Shown here in pieces: positions 16,373-24,159 of a stretch of DNA of 33,317 nucleotides. A program made the translations under genes and the position numbers. Every line of letters begins with the position of its first letter. The stretch's first letter is position 1. Under the pieces are notes generated by a model. The model was not told the origin of the DNA. It saw only the letters and a list, made by a program, of their open reading frames with translations, and ran no database searches. The DNA comes from Oscillospiraceae bacterium (lineage in GTDB: Bacteria; Bacillota; Clostridia; Oscillospirales; Acutalibacteraceae): positions 1 through 33,317 of the forward strand of contig CADBON010000170.1 of the NCBI GenBank assembly GCA_902796315.1. The letters are read 5' to 3'.

Positions 16373-18142
16373 TTAATACTGTTTGCGTGCTTCGTAGTAA
16401 GTGTGCAGGATCTCGTGCGCCTTATGGCTGCCGGGTTCGCCGAAGAACTCGTCGTACACTCTGGTGATGTCCGGGTTCAGGTGGCTCTTGCGCACGGGCA
16501 GGTTTTCGTCGTCCTTATACAGACCGGCGGCACGCACGGCGCGAACGTCGGTGAAGTTGCGGACGGAAGCGGGCACGATGGGCTGGCCGCCGCCGTTGAC
16601 GCAGCCGCCCGGGCAGGCCATGACTTCGATGAAGTCATACTGCTTCTCGCCGCTCTTGACCATATCGAGCACCTTGCGGGCGTTGATCAGGCCGCTGGTA
16701 ACGCAGACGCGGATCGTAACGCCGTTGATGGTGAGCTCGGCTTCCTTAATCTCCTCGGTTCCGCGGATGGGCTTGAAGAGGTCGAAGTTCTCCAGCTCTT
16801 CGCCGGTAAGGGCGTGATAGGCGGTACGAAGGGCCGCTTCCATAACGCCGCCGGTCGCACCGAAGATGGTGCCGGCGCCGGAGCCGAGACCGAAGGGCGA
16901 GTCGAACTCATCGTCGGGGATGGCGGTGAAGTTGATGCCGGCTTTGCGGATCATACGCGCCAGCTCACGGGTCGTGAGCGAAGCGTCGATGTCGCGCAGG
17001 CCCTCGACGGCCGTCTTGTAATCGCTGCGCTCCGCCTCAAACTTCTTGGCGGTGCAGGGCATGACGGAAACGGAGAAGATCGACGCGGGATCCCAGCCCA
17101 TTTTCTCGGCATAGTAGGTCTTGGCGACAGCGCCGAACATACCCTGCGGAGATTTGCAGCTGGAAAGGTTCGGGATGAACTCGGGATAATAATGCTCGCA
17201 GAAATTGATCCAGCCGGGCGAGCAGGAGGTGATCAGCGGCAGTTTGCCGCCGTTTTTGAAGCGATCGAGGAACTCGGTGGCCTCTTCCATAATGGTCAGG
17301 TCGGCGCTGAAGTTGGTGTCAAACACGTTCTCAAAGCCAAGCATACGCAGAGCGCGGACCATTTTGCCGGTGACGATCGAGCCCATGGGCATACCGAACT
17401 CTTCACCAAGGCCGACGCGGACGGACGGAGCCGTCTGGACGATAACGTGAAGGTCGGGATTGTTGAGCGCCTCAAAGACCTTTTGGGTGTCGTCACGCTC
17501 GGACAGGGCGCCGGTCGGGCAGTAGTTGATGCACTGGCCGCAGTTGACACAGGCCACGTCGCCCAGGCCCCACTCAAAGGCGGACCCGATGTGGGTGTCG
17601 AAGCCGCGGGCGTTGGCACCGATCACAGAGCAGCCCTGCAGTTTTTCGCAGGCGGCCACACAGCGGCGGCAGAGAATGCACTTCTCGTTGTCGCGGTACA
17701 TATGCACGGCACTGCGGTCGATCTCATAGGGAACCGTGTCGCCGGCCATGGCGTTCTCGTCCTCAATGCCGTACTCGTTGCACAGTTTCTGCAGTTCGCA
17801 GCTGCCGTTGCGCACGCAGGCAAGGCACTCTTTTTTATGGGTGGAAAGAATCAGTTCCAGCGTCATTCTGCGGTTTTCACGGACCTTCGGGGAGTTGGTG
17901 AAAATCGCCATCCCGTCGTTGGCGGGGAACACGCAGGAGGCAACCATGTGCGCCGGACGGCCGGAATCGGGGGCCTCTTGGACCTCGACCAGGCAGATGC
18001 GGCAGGCGCCGATGGCGTTGATGTCTTTCAGATAGCACAGCGTCGGAATTTCAACACCGGCGGTATGGCAGGCCTCCAGAACGGTGCTGCCGGCCGGTAC
18101 TTCATATTCGAAACCGTTGATTTTAACGCGGATCGTATCCAT
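16373..18142 (-). CDS. hydA: [FeFe]-hydrogenase catalytic subunit, M3-type (589 aa)
   Basis: The N-terminus has 2Fe-2S ferredoxin-like Cys residues. A His-ligated cluster region (HKKECLACVRNGSC) follows. Two 4Fe-4S motifs are present (CILCRRCVAAC and CVNCGQCINYCP). The H-cluster motifs are TSCSPGW (P1 variant), MPCTAKKFE (P2) and EVMACPGGCVNGGGQP (P3). Confidence 0.95.
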   Translation of the reverse strand: MDTIRVKINGFEYEVPAGSTVLEACHTAGVEIPTLCYLKDINAIGACRICLVEVQEAPDSGRPAHMVASCVFPANDGMAIFTNSPKVRENRRMTLELILSTHKKECLACVRNGSCELQKLCNEYGIEDENAMAGDTVPYEIDRSAVHMYRDNEKCILCRRCVAACEKLQGCSVIGANARGFDTHIGSAFEWGLGDVACVNCGQCINYCPTGALSERDDTQKVFEALNNPDLHVIVQTAPSVRVGLGEEFGMPMGSIVTGKMVRALRMLGFENVFDTNFSADLTIMEEATEFLDRFKNGGKLPLITSCSPGWINFCEHYYPEFIPNLSSCKSPQGMFGAVAKTYYAEKMGWDPASIFSVSVMPCTAKKFEAERSDYKTAVEGLRDIDASLTTRELARMIRKAGINFTAIPDDEFDSPFGLGSGAGTIFGATGGVMEAALRTAYHALTGEELENFDLFKPIRGTEEIKEAELTINGVTIRVCVTSGLINARKVLDMVKSGEKQYDFIEVMACPGGCVNGGGQPIVPASVRNFTDVRAVRAAGLYKDDENLPVRKSHLNPDITRVYDEFFGEPGSHKAHEILHTYYEARKQY

Positions 18143-18154
18143 TTCTGCTCCTCC

Positions 18155-19954
18155 TTATTTCTTCGAGATCGCGTGGAACGCGCAGTTGTCGATGCACGTG
18201 CCGCACTTGATGCACTTCGTCTGGTCAATGACGTGGGGCTCTTTGACCGCGCCGGAGATGGCGTTGACCGGGCAGTTGCGGGCGCACTTGGTGCAGCCTT
18301 TGCAAAGCGCGGGATCGATCTCGAACCGGACAAGGTTCTTGCAGACGTGGGCGGGGCACTTTTTGTCCACAACGTGGGCAATGTACTCGTCCTTAAAGCG
18401 CTGGTAGGTGGACAGAACGGGGTTGGGAGCCGTCTGGCCCAGACCGCACAGGGAGTTCTCTTTGATGTAGTAGCAAAGTTTCTCCATACGGTCAAGGTCT
18501 TCCATCGTGCCGTTGCCGGAGGTGATCTTTTCGAGCAGTTCCAGCAGGCGGCGGGTACCGACGCGGCACGGCGTGCACTTGCCGCAGCTCTCGTCGACCG
18601 TGAATTTCAGGAAGAACTTGGCGATATCGACCATGCAGGTATCTTCGTCCATGACGATCAGTCCGCCGGAGCCCATCATGGCGCCCTTGCTTCTCAGGTT
18701 GTCATAGTCGATCGGTTCGTCCAGCAGTTCCGCGGGGAGGCAGCCGCCGGAGGGGCCGCCGGCCTGAGCCGCTTTGAACTTTTTGCCGTTCGGGCAGCCG
18801 CCGCCGATGTCGTAAATGACTTCGCGCAGAGTGGTGCCCATGGGGATCTCGACAAGGCCGGTGTTGTTGATCTTGCCGCCCAGAGCAAAGACCTTGGTGC
18901 CCTTGCTGCCCTCGGTGCCCATGCTGTTGAAGAACTCGGCGCCCTTCAGGATGATCTGGGGAATGTTCGCAAAGGTTTCGACGTTGTTTTCGGTGGTGGG
19001 TTTGCCGAACAGACCCTTGACCGCCGGGTACGGAGGACGCGGACGGGGTTCGCCGCGGTTGCCTTCGATGGAGGTCATCAGCGCGGTCTCTTCGCCGCAG
19101 ACGAAAGCGCCGGCGCCGAGACGGATGTGCAAGTCAAAATCAAAGCCGCTGCCGAAGATATCTTTACCGAGCAGGCCGTATTCACGGGCGTCCTTAATGG
19201 CCTTTTCCAAACGCTTGACGGCGATGGGGTACTCGGCGCGGACGTAAACGTAACCCTGGGTCGCGCCGGTGGCGTAACCGCAGATGGTCATGGCTTCCAC
19301 GATGCAGTGCGGGTCGCCTTCCAGCACGGAGCGGTCCATGAACGCGCCGGGGTCGCCTTCATCGGCGTTGCAGACGACATACTTCTGGTCCGCTTTGTTC
19401 GCCGCGGTGAAGCTCCACTTTTTGCCGGTGGGGAAACCGCCGCCGCCACGGCCGCGAAGGCCGGAATCGGACACGACCTTGATGACCTCTTCGGGCGTCA
19501 TTTCGGTAAGGGCCTTGCCGAGCGCGGCATAGCCGTCCATCGCGATGTATTCATCAATGCTTTCGGGGTTGATCACGCCGCAGTTGCGCAGCGCAACACG
19601 CTTCTGCTTCGCGTAGAAGGTGGTGTCGCTCAGCGAAACGTTGCCGTTTTCGACCGCCGCGTCCGCCGCGGCCTCGTCGTAAACGAGACGGCTGACAACT
19701 CTGCCCTTGAGAAGATGCTCTTCAACGATCTCTTTGACGTCGGCTTCCTTCACCTGACTGTAGAAAGTGCCGTCGGGATACACGATCACCACGGGACCGA
19801 GGGCACACAGGCCAAAGCAGCCCGTTTGAACGATCTTGACCTCTTCGCTCAAGTCGTTCTTGGCGATCTGATTCTCGAACTCGGCGATCAGCTTTGCGCT
19901 GCCGGAAGACGTGCAGCCGGTGCCTCCGCAGATCAGTACTTGCGCACGAACCAT
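18155..19954 (-). CDS. hydB: NuoF-like NAD(P)H-binding flavoprotein subunit of the bifurcating hydrogenase (599 aa)
   Basis: An N-terminal thioredoxin-like 2Fe-2S domain is present. The FMN site is GRGGGGFPTGKKW. The NADH site is NADEGDPGAFMDR. The N3 cluster motif is SCGKCTPCR. The C-terminus carries two 4Fe-4S motifs (CKGCTKCARNCP and CIKCGTCIDNC). Confidence 0.95.
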   Translation of the reverse strand: MVRAQVLICGGTGCTSSGSAKLIAEFENQIAKNDLSEEVKIVQTGCFGLCALGPVVIVYPDGTFYSQVKEADVKEIVEEHLLKGRVVSRLVYDEAAADAAVENGNVSLSDTTFYAKQKRVALRNCGVINPESIDEYIAMDGYAALGKALTEMTPEEVIKVVSDSGLRGRGGGGFPTGKKWSFTAANKADQKYVVCNADEGDPGAFMDRSVLEGDPHCIVEAMTICGYATGATQGYVYVRAEYPIAVKRLEKAIKDAREYGLLGKDIFGSGFDFDLHIRLGAGAFVCGEETALMTSIEGNRGEPRPRPPYPAVKGLFGKPTTENNVETFANIPQIILKGAEFFNSMGTEGSKGTKVFALGGKINNTGLVEIPMGTTLREVIYDIGGGCPNGKKFKAAQAGGPSGGCLPAELLDEPIDYDNLRSKGAMMGSGGLIVMDEDTCMVDIAKFFLKFTVDESCGKCTPCRVGTRRLLELLEKITSGNGTMEDLDRMEKLCYYIKENSLCGLGQTAPNPVLSTYQRFKDEYIAHVVDKKCPAHVCKNLVRFEIDPALCKGCTKCARNCPVNAISGAVKEPHVIDQTKCIKCGTCIDNCAFHAISKK

Positions 19955-19974
19955 AGTATTTACCTCCTATACCC

Positions 19975-20340
19975 TTAGATATCCTTAATCACGTAATCCG
20001 TGATGACCTTGCCGCCCTTGAGATGCTTCTCAACAACTTCTTTGGCCTTTTCGGGCGTCATCTTAACGTAGGTCACCTTTTCTTTGCCGGCCTCGAAAAC
20101 CTCTACGACGGGCTCGAACTGGCAGATGCCGATGCAGCCGGTCTGGGTAACGGTCACCTTATCGGACAGACCTTCCCGGTTGACCTCTTCCACGAAAGCG
20201 TTCAGCACCGGACGGGCGCCCGCTGCGATGCCGCAGGTGGCCATACCGACCACGACGCGGATGTCGCCGCTGCCTTCGCGCAGAACGACTTTGTTCTGCA
20301 TTCTCTCTCTGATTGCCGCAAGTTCCTCTAAAGATTTCAT
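19975..20340 (-). CDS. Thioredoxin-like (2Fe-2S) ferredoxin-domain protein (121 aa), HydD-like
   Basis: The motifs GMATCGIAAGA ... TGCIGICQFEPVV are typical of this domain. The gene lies directly upstream of hydB. Confidence 0.85.
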   Translation of the reverse strand: MKSLEELAAIRERMQNKVVLREGSGDIRVVVGMATCGIAAGARPVLNAFVEEVNREGLSDKVTVTQTGCIGICQFEPVVEVFEAGKEKVTYVKMTPEKAKEVVEKHLKGGKVITDYVIKDI

Positions 20341-20375
20341 TTGCTTCTATCCTTTCTGCTTCAATATTTCTGAAT

Positions 20376-20948
20376 TTATATAGAAGGGCAGGGGTTTCCG
20401 TTTGCCCCGTCATACTGTTCTTTGAGATAGTCCGCGATCCAGGCGACCACCTCCGGGTGAGAGAGCGGTACGCCCCCGAGCGCTTCTTTCAACTCATCGG
20501 TATCCAAACGCACCTCGCCGCCGGGCAGCGTGTGGGTAAAGACCCAGCGGATCTCCGGCGCGCCCTGGATGAGCACCGTCAGCGTGGAGATCACGTCGCC
20601 CAAAGGCGTATAATCGATGCTCGTCTTGTAAAACAGCGCGGATGTCGTTGTTCCGTGGTCGGTCGGGAAGTTTTCGCTGTCGCGCGAGACGATGGAAAAC
20701 TCACCGCCCGTCTGCTCGCACGCCAATTTGAACAGCGGGATGCCGAGCCCCACGTTGCGCGTGGTACGCGTGGTGGTGAACGGATCGGTGACCGCGGCGA
20801 GGAAATCGGGTTTCATCCCGCAGCCGTCGTCCGAAATGCTGACAAAGAGCGTTTCCGTCGTTTCCTTCAGTTCGATGCGAACGGTTTCCGCGCCGGCTTT
20901 GACCGAATTCTGCGCAATATCCAGAATATTCAGTGATATCTCTTTCAT
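20376..20948 (-). CDS. GHKL/histidine-kinase-like ATPase-domain protein without a DHp/phosphoacceptor domain (190 aa)
   Basis: The N-box is NILDIAQNSVKAGA, the G1 box is DDGCGM and the G2 box is GLGIPL. There is no upstream dimerisation/His domain. An ATGA overlap joins it to the PHP gene stop. Confidence 0.8.
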   Translation of the reverse strand: MKEISLNILDIAQNSVKAGAETVRIELKETTETLFVSISDDGCGMKPDFLAAVTDPFTTTRTTRNVGLGIPLFKLACEQTGGEFSIVSRDSENFPTDHGTTTSALFYKTSIDYTPLGDVISTLTVLIQGAPEIRWVFTHTLPGGEVRLDTDELKEALGGVPLSHPEVVAWIADYLKEQYDGANGNPCPSI

Positions 20949-21682
20949 ACGGCCCTCCCGAGAAGGTCGAAGAGCGCCTTGACAACGCCCTCTTCGTCCG
21001 AGGGTTCCGCGTCCAACTCAAGGAACGCGCTTTTATCCCGAATGCTCCAAAGATTGTGCGCGTCGGAGGAAACGAGGATGCGTTTGCTTTGCAGAGCCGG
21101 ATAGCGTTCACGGTAGGAAGCGATCTTTTCCGCGTCGGCCAGTTCCGCGTTGAGAAAGCCCGGCTCCGGCGGGAAATCGCCCAGCACGGCGATCGCGCCG
21201 TTGGCCTCCCGGTCCACGTGCGCCGGGTAGCACACGCCGCCGAACCGTGCGACCGCTTCGGGCACTTCCCCGATCATCAGCGACGTTGCCGCCGGCAGGT
21301 AATCCGCCAGTTTTCCGACAAGCTCGTCATTCTCGTCAAGGATCAGCTGTGAACCGAAGATCCGCTCGTTGTTCGGAACGTGCATCCTGCGCGCGTCCAC
21401 AAACGCATCAAAGTCAGCCGCCGCCTGCGGCGAGGGAAAAAGGCAGACCACGTGGATATCCTCCGCCGTGGTGAGTTCCATCCCGCAGATGGGGATCAGC
21501 CCGTTCCGGCGCGCCGCTTGGGCGAAGGCCAAGCCGTTTTTGCAGCTGTTGTGATCCGTGAGCGCCACGATCTGCAGCCCCGCCAAAAGCGCCATACCGG
21601 CGATATTATTCGGCGTCATATCGTCCTCAGCGCAGGGCGACAGACAGGAATGAATGTGAAAATCGTAATAGAACCTGTTCAT
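20945..21682 (-). CDS. PHP-domain (polymerase/histidinol phosphatase-like) phosphoesterase (245 aa)
   Basis: The motifs DFHIHSCLSPCA, ALTDHN and SSDAH are present. The start at 21682 forms an ATGA overlap with the stop of the upstream DRTGG gene, which I prefer over the track start at 21733. Confidence 0.85.
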   Translation of the reverse strand: MNRFYYDFHIHSCLSPCAEDDMTPNNIAGMALLAGLQIVALTDHNSCKNGLAFAQAARRNGLIPICGMELTTAEDIHVVCLFPSPQAAADFDAFVDARRMHVPNNERIFGSQLILDENDELVGKLADYLPAATSLMIGEVPEAVARFGGVCYPAHVDREANGAIAVLGDFPPEPGFLNAELADAEKIASYRERYPALQSKRILVSSDAHNLWSIRDKSAFLELDAEPSDEEGVVKALFDLLGRAV

Positions 21683-22005
21683 ACGGCCGGCCCGAGCAGC
21701 GCCGCAAGCCGAAAGGCGGAAAGGTCCGAACAAAGAACGTTTACGCTTTTTTCTTCCGCCGTGCGGACAAGCTCCTCATCAAGGGTAACGCCCTCCGCGA
21801 GCAAGACCGTACTCACGTCCGAGAGGGACGCCACGGCCACGGTGTTCACGTTGCTCATAATCGTGATCCACACCTGGTCCGCCTGCGCGCGACCCATGAC
21901 CCAGCTGAGCAGGTCGCCCACGTATCCGCCGCTGACCGTTCTGTCCGGCTGCGGCATGGCGACGACGCCAAAGCCAAAGGTTTCCTGCAATTCGCGCACG
22001 GTCAT
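21679..22005 (-). CDS. DRTGG-domain protein (108 aa), second copy
   Basis: GYVGDLLSWVM ... WITIMSNVNTVAVASL ... VLLAEG resembles the DRTGG fold and the paralog at 23780-24127. The start at 22005 forms an ATGA overlap with the stop of the HydS-like gene. The track ORF reaching 22458 overlaps that gene. Confidence 0.75.
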   Translation of the reverse strand: MTVRELQETFGFGVVAMPQPDRTVSGGYVGDLLSWVMGRAQADQVWITIMSNVNTVAVASLSDVSTVLLAEGVTLDEELVRTAEEKSVNVLCSDLSAFRLAALLGPAV

Positions 22006-23276
22006 TCTTGCTTGGCCTCCCCGTTCTGTTTTTTCTGTTCCAGCACCAGGCAGGTACGCTCCTTCCCGGCTACGCCGCGAACGACGTCCTCGGCGTACGC
22101 GCGGCAGGTGGGTGAACCGCACGCGCCGCAATCGATGCCCGGAAGCGTCTGACACAAAGACTGTATCTCCGCCATCATGCGCATGGATTCGCCGATATTT
22201 GCGCTCAGGCGAGAGATCGGCGTGTAGGTGGGCAGACTGTCGGAAATGTATTCCGGCGGGATGAAGTTCTGATCCGCCGGCAGGAAATTCTTTGAAACGG
22301 GCAGATAGCGGCGTACCGACTGCAGGCGGGTCTTGGCGATAAACGGATTTTCGATCGTCATCACGCCGCCCACACAACCGCCGATACAGGCGTCGAGTTC
22401 CACGAACTCGATCTGCGGAATGTTGCCGTTTTCGATGGATTCCAACACCTGCATACAATTCTCAATGCCGTCGGCAAAGAGGTAATTGTCGTTGAGGATC
22501 GCCGTGGATTCTCCGCCGGAGGACGCCCAGCCAATCCCGATCATTCCCGCCTCGCTCGTAACGGACGGGGAAACGGATCGCTTCATGGCGCCGATCAACT
22601 GAAAATAAATATCGTTGAGCGCGACCACCACGTCGATATGGCTCTTATAATCGCCGAACCCGTTGCGGATGTAACTGACCTTTGCCGCGCAGGGGGAGAT
22701 GAAAAACACCGCAATATCCTCTTCCGACAGTTCGGGGTGCTGCTGCTGCGCCTGTTTTTTCGCCTCGATGGCGGCAATCTCCATCGGCGGGAGGATCGGC
22801 AGAATGTTATCTTTCAGATACGGGAACCGCAGAGAGATCAGTCGGGTGATCACGGGGCAGGCGGACGAGATCACGGGTTTTTTGATACCCTCGGCTTTGA
22901 GATAGATCCGCGTATAAGCGGAAACGAGCTCCGCGGCCTTCGCCACTTCATAGACCTCGTCGAAGCCGATGCTCAAAAGGCCCTGCAGAACGTCGTCGAC
23001 GTCTTCCAGATCGTTGAACTGGCCGTACAGAGAGGGCGCAGGCAGCGCGATCTTCCATTTATAATGCATATAATGCTCCAACTTGGAGCACATCGCTTTT
23101 TTCGCGTTGTGCTGGCAGACACGGATGCATTCGCCGCAGTCGATACAGCGGTCGGTGTTGATCTCGGCGTGACCGTCCAGGATGCGGATCGCTTCCGTCG
23201 GGCAGCGCCGAACACAGGTGGTGCAGCCGGTGCATTTTTCTACGTCCAGCACCACGGAGTGCATGTAAGAATTCAC
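22002..23276 (-). CDS. HydS-like putative sensory [FeFe]-hydrogenase homolog (424 aa): 2x[4Fe-4S] ferredoxin, compact H-domain, C-terminal 4-Cys Fe-S motif, no PAS domain
   Basis: The ferredoxin motifs are CTGCTTCVRRCP and CIDCGECIRVC. The P1-like motif is SSACP, with Ala in place of the proton-relay Cys. The P2-like motif is SPCAAKVS. The P3-like motif is ELDACIGGCVGG. The C-terminal Fe-S motif is C-x7-CGACGSPTC. Confidence 0.88.
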   Translation of the reverse strand: MNSYMHSVVLDVEKCTGCTTCVRRCPTEAIRILDGHAEINTDRCIDCGECIRVCQHNAKKAMCSKLEHYMHYKWKIALPAPSLYGQFNDLEDVDDVLQGLLSIGFDEVYEVAKAAELVSAYTRIYLKAEGIKKPVISSACPVITRLISLRFPYLKDNILPILPPMEIAAIEAKKQAQQQHPELSEEDIAVFFISPCAAKVSYIRNGFGDYKSHIDVVVALNDIYFQLIGAMKRSVSPSVTSEAGMIGIGWASSGGESTAILNDNYLFADGIENCMQVLESIENGNIPQIEFVELDACIGGCVGGVMTIENPFIAKTRLQSVRRYLPVSKNFLPADQNFIPPEYISDSLPTYTPISRLSANIGESMRMMAEIQSLCQTLPGIDCGACGSPTCRAYAEDVVRGVAGKERTCLVLEQKKQNGEAKQE

Positions 23277-23285
23277 AACATCACC

Positions 23286-23714
23286 CTACTGATTGATATA
23301 CACGGTCATCGTGATGGTCGTGCCCTCCCCGACGACGGAATCGATGCTCATTTCGTCGGTATACCGCTTCATGTTCGGCAGACCCATGCCCGCGCCGAAA
23401 CCCAGCGAACGCACGGAGTCCGTTGCGGTGGAGTAGCCCTCCTGCATCGCGAGCTCCACGTCCGCGATCCCGGGGCCGTGGTCGACCAGACGGATCACGA
23501 CCTTGTCCTCATATACCTCCACGTCGGCAGCACCGCCGCCGGCGTGAATGACCATATTGATCTCGCCCTCGTACATGGCGATGGAAAGTCTGCGGATGGT
23601 ATCGGGCGGAAGCCCGAGCCGCCGCAGCATCTTTTTGAGTTCAACCGACGCCTGACCGGCGGAAACGAAATTTTCGCCGTCGACGTCGTAATGAAAATTC
23701 AGAGATTCACTCAT
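23286..23714 (-). CDS. RsbW/SpoIIAB-like small GHKL ATPase (anti-sigma-type Ser/Thr kinase fold, 142 aa)
   Basis: The N-box is EGEINMVIHA, the G1 box is DHGPGI and the G2 box is GFGAGMGLPN. It is a single-domain protein. It ends 9 nt before the start of the HydS-like gene. Confidence 0.8.
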   Translation of the reverse strand: MSESLNFHYDVDGENFVSAGQASVELKKMLRRLGLPPDTIRRLSIAMYEGEINMVIHAGGGAADVEVYEDKVVIRLVDHGPGIADVELAMQEGYSTATDSVRSLGFGAGMGLPNMKRYTDEMSIDSVVGEGTTITMTVYINQ

Positions 23715-23779
23715 GGATGCGACAGTGCGCGGTCCTCCGGCGGCCGCCGGAAAAAGAACGCGTTTTCCTTTCCGTTGAT

Positions 23780-24127
23780 TCAGACCTTGGCGCCGTTGAG
23801 ACCGTTCGTGTATAGCGTGCCGCAGGCCTCATACATACGTTTTGCGCAAGCAAGCAGCACGATGCCGCTTTCTTTCGCAATCTCGATCATTTCGGGCGTG
23901 GGCCGTTTGGAACGGACGAAAACGACACAGACCATGTCCATCATTTCCGCCGTACGGATCACCTGCGAATTCACAAGCCCGGTCAGCAGAACGGCCTGAT
24001 CCTTCACATAGGCCAGCACGTCGCTCATCATATCGCTGCCGCAGGCCGCGTGTACGTCCCGATCGAGCAGTTCTTCTCCGCAGAGAACGTCCGCCTCCAG
24101 CAGATCCCGGATTTTACTGATTTTCAT
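23780..24127 (-). CDS. DRTGG-domain protein (115 aa), first copy
   Basis: SDMMSDVLAYV ... AVLLTGLVNSQVIRTAEMMDMVCVVFVRSKRP ... GIVLL fits the DRTGG-domain pattern. The gene starts 32 nt after hydC. Confidence 0.8.
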   Translation of the reverse strand: MKISKIRDLLEADVLCGEELLDRDVHAACGSDMMSDVLAYVKDQAVLLTGLVNSQVIRTAEMMDMVCVVFVRSKRPTPEMIEIAKESGIVLLACAKRMYEACGTLYTNGLNGAKV

Positions 24128-24159
24128 ATGGGTCCGTCCCTTACAGAATAATGATTATG

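Noticed and set aside
16403-19978. A 1191-aa open reading frame on the plus strand spans the whole hydA-hydB region.
   Set aside because: It is exactly antisense to two genes with unmistakable hydrogenase and NuoF motifs. Its translation is Ala/Gly/Arg/Val-rich low-complexity sequence with no recognisable domain and no RBS. Long antisense ORFs are expected in GC3-rich coding DNA because stop codons are rare on the complementary frame.
19975-20340. The HydD-like 2Fe-2S ferredoxin-domain protein has only three Cys residues. This could indicate a degenerate cluster site.
   Set aside because: As far as I recall, the ATCGIAAGA ... GCIGIC pattern is the normal form of this domain in NuoF-associated proteins. 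Without an alignment I cannot claim an anomaly.
21679-22458. A 259-aa ORF overlaps the 3' part of the HydS-like gene.
   Set aside because: Only the last 108 aa look protein-like (DRTGG). The ATG at 22005 forms an ATGA junction with the HydS-like stop. The upstream portion is Arg-rich out-of-frame overlap.
23736-23751. A perfect 16-bp palindrome, TCCGGCGGCCGCCGGA, lies in the 65-nt gap between the first DRTGG gene and the small GHKL ATPase gene.
   Set aside because: It is real in the sequence. On the transcribed (minus) strand, however, the T-run precedes rather than follows it, so it is not a terminator. It is most simply an intercistronic hairpin. It also sequesters or positions the only GGAGGA in the gap, which lies 18 nt from the ATG. 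There is not enough evidence for a regulatory claim.
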